Assembly: GCA_002269645.1 (NCBI GenBank)
Contig: NIVC01000956.1
Coordinates: 6,263-70,262 of the forward strand
Direction of reading: 5' to 3'
Length of the DNA: 64,000 nucleotides
DNA from: Macrostomum lignano
Lineage: Eukaryota
The notes below the pieces were generated by a model. It ran no database searches and was not told where the DNA came from. It saw only the letters and a list, made by a program, of their open reading frames with translations. How positions within the stretch are numbered: the first letter of the stretch is position 1; every line of letters begins with the position of its first letter. This document shows, in pieces, positions 1-36,290 of the stretch. Both the position numbers and the translations under genes were made by a program.

Positions 1-23050
<23,050 letters not shown>

Positions 23051-23059
23051 TTTATGCTT

Positions 23060-23577
23060 TCTTAGAAATTAGATTGTGTTGAGCGTCGATTTCTTTGAAA
23101 TTCAATTGTGCTGAGCGTCGATTTCTTGGAAATTCAATGATGCTGAGCGTCGATTTCTTGGAAATTCAATGATGCTGAGCGTCGATTTCTTGGAAATTCA
23201 ATGATGCTGAGCGTTGATTTCTTAGAAATTCAATTATGCTGAGCGTTGATTTCTTAGAAATTTAATGGTGCTGAGCGTCGATTTCTTAGAAATTCAATTA
23301 TGCTGAGCGTCGATTTCTTAAAAATTCAAATTGCTGAGCGTCGATTTCTTAGAAATTCAATTATGCTGAGCGTCGATTTCTTTGAACTTCAATGGTGCTG
23401 AGCGTTGATTTCTTAGAAATTTAATGGTGCTGAGCGTCGATTTCTTTGAAATTCAATGGTGCTGAGTGTTGATTTCTTAGAAATTTAATGGTGCTGAGCG
23501 TCGATTTCTTTGAAATTCAATGGTGCTGTGTGTTGATTTCTTAGAAATTTAATGGTGCTGAGCGTCGATTTCTTAGA
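23060..23577. repeat. 32-bp minisatellite (tgctgagcgtcgatttcttagaaattcaatg[ag]) immediately 5' of the ADGB start exon
   Basis: ~16 copies. Confidence 0.93.
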
Positions 23578-25139
23578 ATCCTACTGTCTGTTGCTTTCCT
23601 GGAATGCAGTACTTGGAAGTCCTTTGCAAGATACGGAAGGAAGACGACAAGACCTGTCGCTTTCTTAGAAAGGAGTTTTTAGAAAATCCAATAAAAGTTT
23701 TCACTTTGCAGAATCTTGTTTTTAAAGATGTTGTCCGCTTTCTTCGAACAATCAAAACTCCGAGGCCTTTTAAATGCAGATTTGAACATCTACTGGAAGT
23801 CTTGTTGCTTTCGTTGAAAGAAGAATTGAATAAGCAGTTCTCTGCCAGCTTTACACACTTGGCAGCTTTGTTAAGGTGGGTCGGTTTTGTTTAAATTTAA
23901 GCCAAGACTACTCGTCTAACCCTCCCCCCTACTGTCCCGAAGTTTTCCTGAGTATCTCGAACGAACTCCACAAGCAGTCTCCCACTCTCGCTCCTTTTCT
24001 CATTCTCTTCTAGAAGCAATTGCCCCGCTTCAAAACCGTTGTACGCCAATAAAGGTATTCCAAAATGTCAAGTTTACACTGAGCAGTAAAGCGTATTGAT
24101 CTTGGAGATGAGGGTGGGTCAGTGACTGGGTGCTGCTACCGGGTGGCTAACAGGAGGGGGGGCAGATTAAACAAACAATGAGGCCTTGAGCCGTCCATCA
24201 GCGATGCCCTCACGTTAAAAACGTTTTGTTACCATTGACAACGGTCTCTAAAACATTGAGAGTCAGAGGGTTTTAGCGTCTGTCCAGGGACTGCTAGACA
24301 GAGAGAAACCTGGATTGGGAAATCTCATGAGCAATTGCTTGTCATTTCGTGTCAATTTTGGCTAGAAAATGTTAAATCTCTAAAGAGATCGCTTCAACCT
24401 TTTCAAATAAGAATCAAGTTGCCTGCCTTCCGGACCGTCGAGATATTCGACGATTCTGCCAGAAGGTGGGATTTTTTCCATAAAGCGCATCAGCTCTGAC
24501 TCGTTGATCACTGGCCTTCACCCAGGCGGAGCTTCTGGACCTTCAACGGGTGGCACCAGGTGACTATGGAAACCCTGTTGCGAACTTCTCGAGTCTCACT
24601 GATCTCAAAACTCAACTGCCGGACATCCTCAGCTAGTCTCTCAAGCATTCCGTCATTCCCCTGATGCCGTCGGCACCTTCAACAGATGGCACCAGGTGAC
24701 TATGGACAGCATTAGTAACAGATGATCAAAGTCTTCTACAAGCCTTTTTTCTTTATCATATCAAACTTGATTCACTCTTTCAAATTTCTGTCATAAAAAA
24801 CAGTGTAACAGCTACTCACTCTGAAGCGTTTCCATGGTGACTGCCGATTTTTAACTCCATTCTTGACCAGTCACGAAACAATGGTTTGGGATTTCCAGAA
24901 GCAGCTGGGAGCGCAGCTTAATATACTCGCAAATGTAAGGTTCAGAGCAAAGGGCGGCAAACATGAGGAGTCTGAGGCTAACCCCTGCAGCTGGGTTGGC
25001 AAACACGGAACACGGCAAACTCAGTGGGGAAGCTGAGGAAGTTTGGCTTTCTACTGCCAGGCGTTGGCATGGAAACGACAAAAATTTGAGTCCTACGATA
25101 GTAAATTTATGTGCATATGATGCAGCAAAGTTGAGTAAT

Positions 25140-25280
25140 ACGGGGGGTCAAAAGTCGGGATTGGGGAATCAAAATCCGGGATAGGGGGGGTCAAAAGTCG
25201 GGATAGAGGGGTCAAAAGTCGAAATAGGGGGTCAAAAGTCGAAATACGGGGGGTCAAAAGTCGGGATAGGGGGCCTAAAT
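25140..25280. repeat. ~21-bp minisatellite (aaaagtcgggataggggggtc)
   Basis: ~6 diverged copies. Confidence 0.8.
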
Positions 25281-25559
25281 TCGAAACGAGAGGTCAGAAT
25301 TGAATGAAGCGGTCAAAGGTCAGGAACGCAATACTCCTATTATAATACTAGTTTTAAACCTCACCCCTCCTGCGGCGGTGCACCCAGATTTTCGTGAATC
25401 TCCGACTTCCCCGACGCGTCGGGAGACGCCAGCAGGTGGTGCCGCGGCTGCAGAGCAATGGACCGCCTGCTGAGCTGACTGGCGCTGCCTCCGCATCCGA
25501 ACTCACTGCGCCTCCGGCCTTCCAACCGGTGACTGGTGGCTGTACTGAAGCGCCTCATT

Positions 25560-26370
25560 GCTTCAGGTTCTACTGAGTCGCTTCAGGCTCAATTGATTCA
25601 CTTCAGGTTCTTTCAGGTCGGTTCAGGTTTATTGGGTCGCTTCAGTTCTACTGAGCCGCTTCAGGTTTTATTGGTTCACTTCAGGTTCTTTCAGGTCGCT
25701 TCAGATTTTATTGGGTAGCTTCAGGTTCTACTGAGTCGCTTCAGGTTCTATTGAGTCGCTTCAGGTTCTATTGAGTCGCTTCAGGTTCTATTGAGTCGCT
25801 TCAGGTTCTACTGCGTCGCTTCAGGTTCTATTGAGTCGCTTCAGGTTCTTTCAAGTCGCTTCAGGTTCTTTCAAGTCGCTTCAGGTTATATTGAGTCGCT
25901 TCAGGTTCTACTGAGTCGCTTCAGGTTATATTGAGTCGCTTCAGGTTCCACTGAGTCGCTTCAGGTTCTATTGAGTCGCTTCAGATTCTACTGAGTCGCT
26001 TCAGGTTCTATTGAGTCGCTCCAGGTTCTACTGAGTCGCTTTAGGTTCTACTGAGTCGCTTCAGGTTCAATTGAGTCGCTTCAGGTTCTACTGAGTCGCT
26101 TCAGATTTTATTGAGTCGCTTCAGGTTCTATTGAGTCGCTTCAGGTTCTTTTAAGTCGCTTTAGGTTATATTGAGTCGCTTCAGGTTCTACTGAGTCACT
26201 TCAGGTTCTACTGAGTCGCTTTAGGTTCTACTGAGTCGCTTCAGGTTATATTGAGTCGCTTCAGGTTCTACTGAGTCGCTTCAGATTTTATTGAGTCGCT
26301 TAAGTTTCTTTTGAGTCGCTTCAGGTTCAATTGAGTCGCTTCAGTTTATAATATGACACTTCAGATTCAC
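25560..26370. repeat. 20-bp minisatellite (gagtcgcttcaggttcta[ct]t)
   Basis: Direct reading. Confidence 0.93.
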
Positions 26371-27373
26371 TTGAATCGCTCGAGATTCAGGTGGCGAACC
26401 GAGGCCTCAGCTTCCTCCAATCCCTTTGTTGCCTCAGATGCAGCCGGAGTCAGAGGCGAGTTGTATTTAGCAAGCCGCTCTCACAAACGTGGCTAATCAC
26501 GGTTGCCATGACAGCCTCACGGCCTGAGGCATCTCCGGAAATTAACGGGAGAGCAAAAACTTAAAGCCAAGCCCAAATGAATTGCACAGGGAATTTTTCC
26601 ACTTTTTTTGCTGTTTCCGGCATGTCTATTCAGCTCACAATGGGATTCTTATCCCCCCACCTGTTTACCCACCGCCGTACAGCAGCCCGCGGCCAGTGGG
26701 TGGAGATTGACATTCTGACAGCTGCAAATTAATTTGAAGCGGATAAAATGACCGTCAATTTGTTGCGCCCTGGGTCATTGGTTTTGGGATTTCAAGCAAT
26801 AGCAAAAGGGGATAATTTTGGCTTTGATAGTGCTATAGCTGTGCACATACATTGCCTAATCATGTTACTACTTAGAAACAGTAGCAGGTTGAAAATAAAT
26901 TAATGACTGCATTTAATTTCTTGCTGTCTTCCCTCGACTTCGCTCCCTCTCCCCTCTCTCCCTCTCTCTATTTCCTCTTTCTCCTTCTCGCCACTCTCCC
27001 CTTTGTCCCTCTTCCCTCTCTCCCTCTCGTCCTTTCTCTCTCTCCCTCTCTCGCTCTCTCCCTCTTCTCTCTCTCCCTCTTTCCTCTTATCCCCTTTCTC
27101 AGTCTTTCTATTCTCCCCCAGAACGCATCATTATAAGAGTAGTCCCACAATTCCACTTGCTTACTTCAGTTGTCTAGAGCTCCATATACGCACGGACCAA
27201 TCAATTAATTATCTCTCGCTCACCGCGGGGCCCCAAACTATTGCTACACAAAGCTCGCTTCGCAGCAAATAGCTTCTTTGTTCACAGAAAACTCTTTGTA
27301 GGCCTTATTGGAGTCTCATCAGGTGCGCCCACTCCAGCTTGCTATAAAATCGGACTCTTCCTAATCCAATTAG

Positions 27374-27664
27374 GCGCAGTGCAGCTTCAGCATGACCGAA
27401 GCGGCCGGTAACACCAGCTCGCCGGCTAGTTGCCAACGCAACTTTGAGCTCGAAGCGGCTGCCGCTGCTCAGGCCTGGCTGCTAGGCGTCACGGTCTTGG
27501 CCGCGGCGGTGACTGCGGGCGACGCGATCGGGAAGGTCTGGCGACGTTGGCGGAGGCGACGGCGAGGCGGCAACGATGAGGCTACTCAGCAGCACCCGGT
27601 TGCTATGGGCAGCAGTGTGCTCACCCTGGCTAGCGGAGACGCCGGTCCGACTGAAGCGAACTGA
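27374..27664 (+). CDS. Candidate terminal exon of an unresolved gene (hydrophobic stretch followed by WRRWRRRRR)
   Basis: GC-rich island between satellites; aattag| acceptor in frame with ORF 27392-27664; TM-like segment plus basic stop-transfer cluster; upstream exons not established. Confidence 0.3.
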   Translation, partial: AQCSFSMTEAAGNTSSPASCQRNFELEAAAAAQAWLLGVTVLAAAVTAGDAIGKVWRRWRRRRRGGNDEATQQHPVAMGSSVLTLASGDAGPTEAN

Positions 27665-27764
27665 ACAGCCTGTGGCGGACATTGACTGTGTAAAAGTCCA
27701 CCTTGCCATTAACGTCTCTGTAAATTAAAATAAAACTAATTGAGAGTTGGCTTCAGAATCTAAA

Positions 27765-28678
27765 TCTGTCGCTTCAGGTTCGAAATCTGTCGCTTCAGGT
27801 TCGAAATGTGTCGCTTCAGGTTCGAAATGAGTCGCTTCAGATTCGAAATGAGTCGCTTCAGGTTTGAATTGTGTCGCTTCAGGTTCGAATTATGTTGCTT
27901 TAGGTTCGAATTGTGCCGCTTCAGATTCGAATTCTGTTGCTTCAGGTTCGAATTGTGTCGCTTCAGATTTTAAATGTGTCGCTTCAGATTCGAAATGAGT
28001 CGCTTCTGGTTCTAAATCTGTCGCTTCAGATTTTAATTGTGTTGCTTCAGGTTCTAAATCTGTCGCTTAAGGTTCGAATTGTGTCGCTTCAGATTCGAAA
28101 TGTGTCACTTCAGATTCGAAATGAGTCGCTTAAGGTTCAAAATTTGTCACTTCAGCTTTTATTCTATAGCTTCAGGTTCCATTTTATAGCCTCAGGTTCT
28201 ATTTTATAGCTTCAGTTTCTATTTTATAGCTTCAGTTTCTATTTTATAGCTTCAGGTTCTATTTTATAGCTTTAGGTTCTGTTTTATAGATTCAGGTTCT
28301 ATTTTATAGCTTCAGGTTCTATTTTATAGCTTCAGGTTCTATTTTATAGCTTCAGGTTCTATTTTATAGCTTCAGGTTCTATTTTATAGCTTCAGGTTCT
28401 ATTTTATAGCTTCAGGTTCTATTTTATAGCTTCAGGTTCTATTTTATAGCTTCAGGTTCTATTTTATAGCTTCAGGTTCTATTTTATAGCTTCAGGTTCT
28501 ATTTTATAGCTTCAGGTTCTATTTTATAGCTTCAGGTTCTATTTTATAGCTTCAGGTTCTATTTTATAGCTTCAGGTTCTATTTTATAGATTCAGGTTCT
28601 ATTTTATAGCTTCAGGTTCTATTTTATAGCTTCAGGTTCTATTTTATAGCTTCATGTTCTATTATGCTACTTCAGGTT
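27765..28678. repeat. Compound array: 21-bp (gtcgcttcaggttcgaaatgt) then 20-bp (tatagcttcaggttctattt)
   Basis: Shares the gcttcaggttc core with 25560-26370; switch at about 28150. Confidence 0.92.
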
Positions 28679-29479
28679 AAAAAACGTGTCATGCTGTATT
28701 TACTCTAAACTTTTCTACTTCAAGTAGTGCGTAGCAGGCTTTTCCTGTTTACCGTCAGCTTGACTCGAAGTCTTCCCACCCGTTTTCTGCTCCTGCAAGA
28801 GGGCCTCTCTCTCTCTATCTACCCTCATAACACCCCCCTCTCTCTCGGGTCCAGCAGCTGTCTGTCTCTGTAAAGTCTTTTGAATTATTTATTGATTTTG
28901 TTTAGACACAGTCCTTTGGCTACTGCATGTGTATGCCTGTGTACACTATATAGGTAGCATATAATAGCTATCCTCTGTTGATCCCCAGGGGTTCGCCGCA
29001 GTGGAGAGAGAGGGTGAAAGAGGAAAAATAAAGGAACCCCCCAGTCTCTTCTGCTTGCGCATTGATCTGAGCTTGAAATTTTTAACTTAGCTCCTGAGCT
29101 TCCAAGTGGGAATTAAATTTCGCTCTAAGTGCAGGGTCACGGAATTATTTTTCTACCATTCGAAATAAATGATCCCCGACTGACTGTCTGTGTGTCCTCA
29201 GCATATTTCAGCTTCATTCGATCCGGATTTACTGCTACGAGAGAGGGCTGGCCGGGTCCATTATCTAAATTGGTGCAAAACTGCTGACTGGGTGACTGAC
29301 TGACTGAACTCAGAAGCCGGAAGGACCAGACTCTGGTGGATGGCTTGAATTTATAGCTGAAAGCTGGATTTGGAAGACAGAGGGGAAAGCGGCTGGTAGG
29401 AGCTTGTGGAGTTGGAGTTGGGTAGATGGCAAACTCAAAATGAGAGATCAGAAACACGAAATGGAGAGTGAAGCGAGAG

Positions 29480-30190
29480 GAAAGGAGAGGGAGAGAAGAA
29501 GAGGGATAGAGGGAGAGGGAGGGGAGAGAAAGAGAGAAAGAGAGGGAGAGACGGAGAGGGAGAGAAGGAGACGGGGAGAAGTAGAGGGAGAGAATGAGAT
29601 AGATAGGGAAAATTGTGCAGCGTGGAGAGATGAGGGAAGCTGGAGAGAGAGGAGAGAGGGAAAGGTAGAGAAGGAGAAGGAGAGAGAGAGAGAAGGAGAG
29701 GGAGGGAAGGAGAGGGAGAGGAGAGGGAGAGAAGGAGAGAGAGAAGGAGAGGGAGGGAAGGAGAGAAGGAGAGAGAGAAGGAGAGGGAGAGGAGAGGGAG
29801 AGGAGAGGGAGAGAAGGAGAGGGAGGGAAGGAGAGAAGGAGAGAGAGAAGGAGAGGGAGAGGAGAGGGAGAGGAGAGGGAGAGAAGGAGAGAGAGAAGGA
29901 GAGGGAGGGAAGGAGAGAAGGAGAGGGAGGGAAGGAGAGAAGGAGAGAGAGAGAGAGGAGGAGAGAGAGAAGGAGAGGGAGAGGAGAGAGAGAGAGGAGA
30001 GGGAGAGAAGGAGAGAGAGAAGGAGAGGGAGAGAAGGAGAGGGAGAGAAGGAGAGGGAGAGAAGGAGAGAAGGAGAGGGAGAGAAGGAGAGAAGGAGAGG
30101 GAGGGAAGAGAGAGAGAGAAGGAGAGGGAGAGGAGAGGGAGAGGAGAGGGGGAGGAGGGGGGAGGAGGAGAGGAAGAGAGAGAAGGAAAT
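29480..30190. repeat. GA-rich low-complexity/minisatellite tract
   Basis: Direct reading. Confidence 0.9.
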
Positions 30191-30803
30191 AGATAGGGAG
30201 AAACGTGCAGCATGGAGAGATGAAGGAAGCTGGAGAGAGAGGCGGGCATGGCAGTGACGCAGATGATGCGGGTATCTCGCCAAAACAACACCACCACCAG
30301 CTGCATTTGCTAGCCGAGGCCAAACACACACACGGTTAGATTGAGATGCTCATCCCCCCTTCTCTGTCCAAATGACTTTCTCTCTGCAGTTGAGCTCTCG
30401 CCTCAGCCATTGCCGACACCGAACGGCACAGCTGCTGTTGGTTCAGCAGTTTCAGTGCTGCCGCTGAGGCACAGCTGATGCAGCTTCAATTACATTTGGA
30501 TGGCTGGGTAGGGTGATGTGGGAGCTGAGGCTGAGCTGAGGCAGAAAATGGAAAATGCATTCTGCCGCCTCTAATCAGCTCGATGTTGGTTTTAGCGACA
30601 TGGGGAGAAGAAGGGAGGATAAATACAGAGAGCGGCAAAGAGATGATAGGGAATAGGTGTTGGACTGATTTGGCTGAATTTCCTTTAGAAGGCTGGGAGT
30701 TGGCACTGACACGGTTCTCGGGTGATGATACGGTTCGCATAAATATTTGATGAGTTGGTGCATTGTACAGATTAGTCATTTACTCCGTTTCTAAATCAAT
30801 TTT

Positions 30804-31899
30804 TTGGCTAGATTAGCAATCCATTCTATTCCTGCATCCATGTATTGGCTAGATTAGCAATCCATTCTATTCCTGCATCCGTGTATTGGCTAGATTAGCA
30901 ATCCATTCTATTCCTGCATCCGTGTATTGGCTAGATTAGCAATCCATTCTATTCACGCATCCATGCATTGGCTAGATTAGCAATCCATTCTATTCCTGCA
31001 TCCATGTATTGGCTAGATTAGCAATCCATTCTATTCCTGCATCCATGTATTGGCTAGATTAGCAATCCATTCTATTCCTGCATCCGTGTATTGGCTAGAT
31101 TAGCAATCCATTCTATTCCTGCATCCGTGTATTGGCTAGATTAGCAATCCATTCTATTCATGCATCCATGCATTGGCTAGATTAGCAATCCATTCTATTC
31201 CTGCATCCATGTATTGGCTAGATTAGCAATCCATTCTATTCCTGCATCCATGTATTGGCTAGATTAGCAATCCATTCTATTCCTGCATCCATGTATTGGC
31301 TAGATTAGCAATCCATTCTATTCCTGCATCCATGTATTGGCTAGATTAGCAATCCATTCTATTCCTGCACCCGTGCATTGGCTAGATTAGCAATCCATTC
31401 TATTCCTGCATCCATGCATTGGTTAGATTAGCAATCCATTCTATTCCTGCATCCATGCATAGGCTAGATTAGCAATCCATTCTATTCCTGCATCCATGTA
31501 TTTGCTAGATTAGCAATCCATTCTATTCCTGCATCCGTGTATTGGCTAGATTAGCAATCGATTCTATTCCTGCATCCGTGTATTGGCTAGATTAGCAATC
31601 CATTCTATTCCTGCATCCGTGTATTGACTAGATTAGCAATCCATTCTATTCCTGCATCCGTGTATTGGCTAGATTAGCAATCCATTCTATTCCTGCATCC
31701 GTGTATTGGCTAGATTAGCAATCCATTCTATTCCTGCATCCGTGTATTGGCTAGATTAGCAATCCATTCTATTCCTGCATCCGTGTATTGGCTAGATTAG
31801 CAATCCATTCTATTCCTGCATCCGTGTATTGGCTAGATTAGCAATCCATTCTATTCCTGCATCCGTGTATTGGCTAGATTAGCAATCCATTCTATTCCT
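30804..31899 (-). repeat. 41-bp satellite, ~27 copies (inverted relative to 44432-47147)
   Basis: Unit attagcaatccattctattcctgcatcc[ag]tgtattggctag. Confidence 0.98.
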
Positions 31900-32711
31900 T
31901 TCAACCATAAGCACTAACCAGCTCTAAAGAATACGCAAGCAGAAAGCAGCAATCGCTAAATTAGTTAACTTTCGAACTGAAGAAGTGACCGCGTGTTCCT
32001 GGCCCTCTCAACTCACTCGAGCTGCTATCATTCTGTCCCGGATCAATGCTACCCCCGGCCACCTAGCAGCGGTCGAGCTTTAGCGATCTGATCGAACAGA
32101 AAATTCAATTTTCTCTGCTCTGTGTCGGCAGTTCGGGACGACGCTAAAAGTTTGCATCGCGTCGCCTCGGGGGTCTCGGGTTTTGTTACACAGGGCTCAA
32201 CTTTCCTTCTTGTGGGAGAAGTTATTGAATTTCCCAAAAAAACTAATATAAGCAGTCGGGGGCCGACTACTGATGATTGAATACCTTTCACACAGCTGCT
32301 AACTGACTGACTGGATGCAGTGCGGAGTCTCACTGCTTCTCTCCCGTCCTCAGTTAGTTGTGATCCTTGTTTATACATTTTCCCATCTCTCATAATTGCC
32401 TAAGGGTGGCAATCCTGAGCAGAGACTTGCCTCAATCAGCATGGGAAGCAATTAAGCATGCATACCTGACCTCTGAGCTCAGGTGTTCACTCACATAGTG
32501 TCAGTTCTGGCTCTCTCTCATCACTGAAGACTATTATTAATGTGGCGGAATCGAACCTGGGTCTTGATTACCCCACTCCTCCTTGGAGCATGAACTAGGA
32601 GCACACAAAAATGAGCAAATTCTTTGCGTTCACAAAGTTTGTCAAGAAAAAGTTTTGAAACAAAAGTATTATAGAAGAACAGCAACGCTCGAACTTGGTT
32701 CAAATGTGGCA

Positions 32712-33808
32712 AGTGACCAGTGACAATTTGACAAGTGACCAGTGACAATTTGACAAGTGACCAGTGACAGTTTGACAAGAGACCCCAGTGACAATTTGAC
32801 AAGTGATCAGTGACAATTTGACAAGGAACCCCAGTGACAATTTGACAAGTGATCAGTGAAAATTTGACAAGTAACCCCAGTGACAATTTGACAAGTGATC
32901 AGTGAAAATTTGACAAGTAACCAGTGACAATTTTACAAGTGACCAGTGACAATTTGACAAGGAACCCCAGAGACAATTTTACAAGTGACCAGTGACAATT
33001 TGACAAGTGACCAGTGACAATTTGACAAGTGATCAGTGACAATTTGACAAGTAACCAGTGACAATTTTACAAGTGACCAGTGACAATTTGACAAGGAACC
33101 CCAGTGACAATTTGACAAGTGATCAGTGACAATTTGACAAGTAACCAGTGACAATTTGACAAGGAACCCCAGTGACAATTTGACAAGTGATCAGTGACAA
33201 TTTGACAAGTAACCAGTGACAATTTGACAAGTAACCAGTGACAATTTGACAAGTGACCCCAGTGACAATTTGACAAGTGACCAGTGACAATTTGACAAGT
33301 GACCAGTGACAATTTGACAAGTGATCAGTGACAATTTGACAAGTGACCAGTGACAATTTGACAAGTGATCAGTGACAATTTGACAAGTAACCAGTGACAA
33401 TTTGACAAGTGACCCCAGTGACAATTTGACAAGTGACCCCAGTGACAATTTGACAAGGGACCAGTGACAATTTGACAAGTGACCCCAGAGACAATTTTAC
33501 AAGTGACCAGTGACAATTTGACAAGTGACCAGTGACAATTTTACAAGTGACCAGTGACAATTTGACAAGTGACCAGGGACAATTTGACAAGTGACCCCAG
33601 TGACAATTTGACAAGTGATCAGTGACGATTTGACAAGTGACCCCAGTGACAATTTGACAAGTGATCAGTGACAATTTGACAAGTGACCCAAGTGACAATT
33701 TGACAAGGGACCAGTGACAATTTGACAAGTGATCAGTGACAATTTGACAAGGGACCAGTGACAATTTGACAAGTGACCAGTGACAATTTGACAAGTGATC
33801 AGTGACAA
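32712..33808. repeat. 22-24-bp minisatellite (agtgacaatttgacaagtgacc)
   Basis: Direct reading. Confidence 0.95.
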
Positions 33809-33978
33809 TATTTCGGTTTTATGTGATTGAGCAACCACTTGTCAAGCCGAGAAAGAGGACAACCATTGCAGCCTTATCGATGGCCATATTTGGCGACCAC
33901 TTCCTCCTCTCATCATATTCTTCAACCATAGGTAAGGCCACACACAGGTGGTCTGGCGCGGCTCTCTGATGTGCCGTC

Positions 33979-34122
33979 ACATTAATTTGGCACTAAATTG
34001 GAATCTCGGCTTGGCTCTGCTCGTGCAATTAACGGCCTTGAGGGCCAACCCCCAAGGCACAGTGAAGTGTACATGCCTATCGATAATATAAAGTTAGGAC
34101 CGCTGTACACTCCTGTGTGAGT
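33979..34122 (+). mobile_element. Dispersed ~140-bp structured element, copy 2
   Basis: Near-identical to 19208-19348, same orientation. Confidence 0.55.
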
Positions 34123-34569
34123 GTGTGCCACGAGTCGTTATTTTACGATTAGGTAATTTACGCGTCAGTAAAAATCCTAAGTGACTTTATAGAGTTTTCA
34201 AAGACGCACAGCAAGAGGAAGTACACACGGCAGACACTGTGTAATTCTGCTGGGAATCAGATAGCTTGCCACACTGCCAGACTAAACCTGCAGCCAATGA
34301 ATTGTATAAACAGAACATCTTGAAGGACGTTTTGACTTAAAGAAATTTTAGCAAGATTGATGGACAAGCAGAGGCTCTCTTTTCTCTGGGAACTGACGCC
34401 AAGGACTGGGAAAAACAAAATTAGACCAGTCTTTCTGTGTTCTTTGTTTCTGCTTTTAACGTCACAAGTGCAGATAAAGCGGGCCCCAGTTGCATTGAGC
34501 AACTCTCTCTTGCCTCCCAAACTTTTCTATGTTCGTCTTTTTCTGACATCACTCACCCCTCATTCCCAC

Positions 34570-36290
34570 ACACTCTCTTCCCTCTATTCGCTCTCTTCAC
34601 TCTCTTCTACCCTATCTCTTCACTCTCTCCTCCCCTCTCTCTTCACTCTCTCCTCCCTTCTTTCTTCACTCTCTTCTCCTCTCTCTCTTCACTCTCTTCT
34701 CCCTCTCTCTTCACTCTCTCCTCCCCTCTCTCTTCACTCTCTCCTCCCCTCTCTCTCTTCACTCTCTTCTCCCTCTCTCTTCACTCTCTCCTCCCCTCTC
34801 TCTCTTCACTCTCTTCTCCCTCTCTCTTCACTCTCTCCTCCCCTCTCTCTCTTCACTCTCTCTCCCTCTCTCTTCACTCTCTCCTCCCCTCTCTCTTCAC
34901 TCTCTCCTCCCCTCTCTCTTCACTCTCTCCTCCCCTCTCTCTTCACTCTCTCCTCCCCTCTCTCTTCACTCTCTCCTCCCCTCTCTCTTCACTCTCTTAC
35001 CCTCTCTCTTCACTCTCTCCTCCCCTCTCTCTTCACTCTCTCCTCCCCTCTCTCTTCACTCTCTTTTACCCTCTCTCCTCTCCCCTCTCTCTTCACTCTC
35101 TCCTCCCCTCTCTCTTCACTCTCTTTTACCCTCTCTCTTCACTCTCTCCTCCCCTCTCTCTTCACTCTCTTTTACCCTCTCTCTTCACTCTCTCCTCCCC
35201 TCTCTCTCTTCACTCTCTTTTACCCCTCTCTCTTCACTCTCTCCTCCCCTCTCTCTCTTCACTCTCTTCTCCCTCTCTCTTCACTCTCTTCTCCCTCTCT
35301 CTTCACTCTCTCCTCCCCTCTCTCTTCACTCTCTCCTCCCCTCTCTCTTCACTCTCTCCTCCCCTCTCTCTCTTCACTCTCTTCTCCCACTCTCTCTTCA
35401 CTCTCTTCTACCCTCTCTCTTCACTCTCTCCTCCCCTCTCTCTCTTCACTCTCTCCTCCCCTCTCTCTCTTCACTCTCTTCTCCCACTCTCTCTTCACTC
35501 TCTTCTACCCTCTCTCTTCACTCTCTCCTCCCCTCTCTCTCTTCACTCTCTCCTCCCCTCTCTCTTCACTCTCTCCTCCCCTCTCTCTTCACTCTCTCCT
35601 CCCCTCTCTCTTCACTCTCTTCTCCCCTCTCTCTTCACTCTCTCCTCCCCTCTCTCTTCACTCTCTTCTCCCCTCTCTCTTCACTCTCTCCTCCCCTCTC
35701 TCTTCACTCTCTTCTCCCCTCTCTCTTCACTCTCTTCTCCCCTCTCTCTTCACTCTCTCCTCCCCTCTCTCTTCACTCTCTCCTCCCCTCTCTCTTCACT
35801 CTCTCCTCCCCTCTCTCTTCACTCTCTCCTCCCCTCTCTCTTCACTCTCTCCTCCCCTCTCTCTTCACTCTCTTTTACCCTCTCTCTTCACTCTCTCCTC
35901 CCCTCTCTCTCTTCACTCTCTTTTACCCCTCTCTCTTCACTCTCTTCTCCCCTCTCTCTTCACTCTCTCCTCCCCTCTCTCTTCACTCTCTTCTCCTCTC
36001 TCTCTCCACTCTCTCCTCCCCTCTCTCTTCACTCTCTTCTCCTCTCTCTCTTCACTCTCTTCTCCTCTCTCTCTCCACTCTCTCCTCCCCTCTCTCTTCA
36101 CTCTCTTCTCCCCTCTCTCTTCACTCTCTCCTCCCCTCTCTCTTCACTCTCTTTTTCTCTCTCTCTTCACTCTCTCCTCCCCTCTCTCTTCACTCTCTTT
36201 CCCTCTGTCTTCACTCTCTCCTCCCCTCTCTCTTCACTCTCTCCTCCCCTCTCTCTTCACTCATTCTTCACCTTTCTCTTCACTTTCTCT
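34570..36290. repeat. Pyrimidine-rich ~23-25-bp minisatellite (ctctctcttcactctctcctccc)
   Basis: Direct reading. Confidence 0.93.

Noticed and set aside
29590-30240. Diverged ~60-bp duplicate (atagataggga..gcagc.tggagagatga.ggaagctggagagagagg) at both ends of a GA tract
   Set aside because: Best explained as local duplication within low-complexity sequence; no TSD or internal coding to support an LTR-like element
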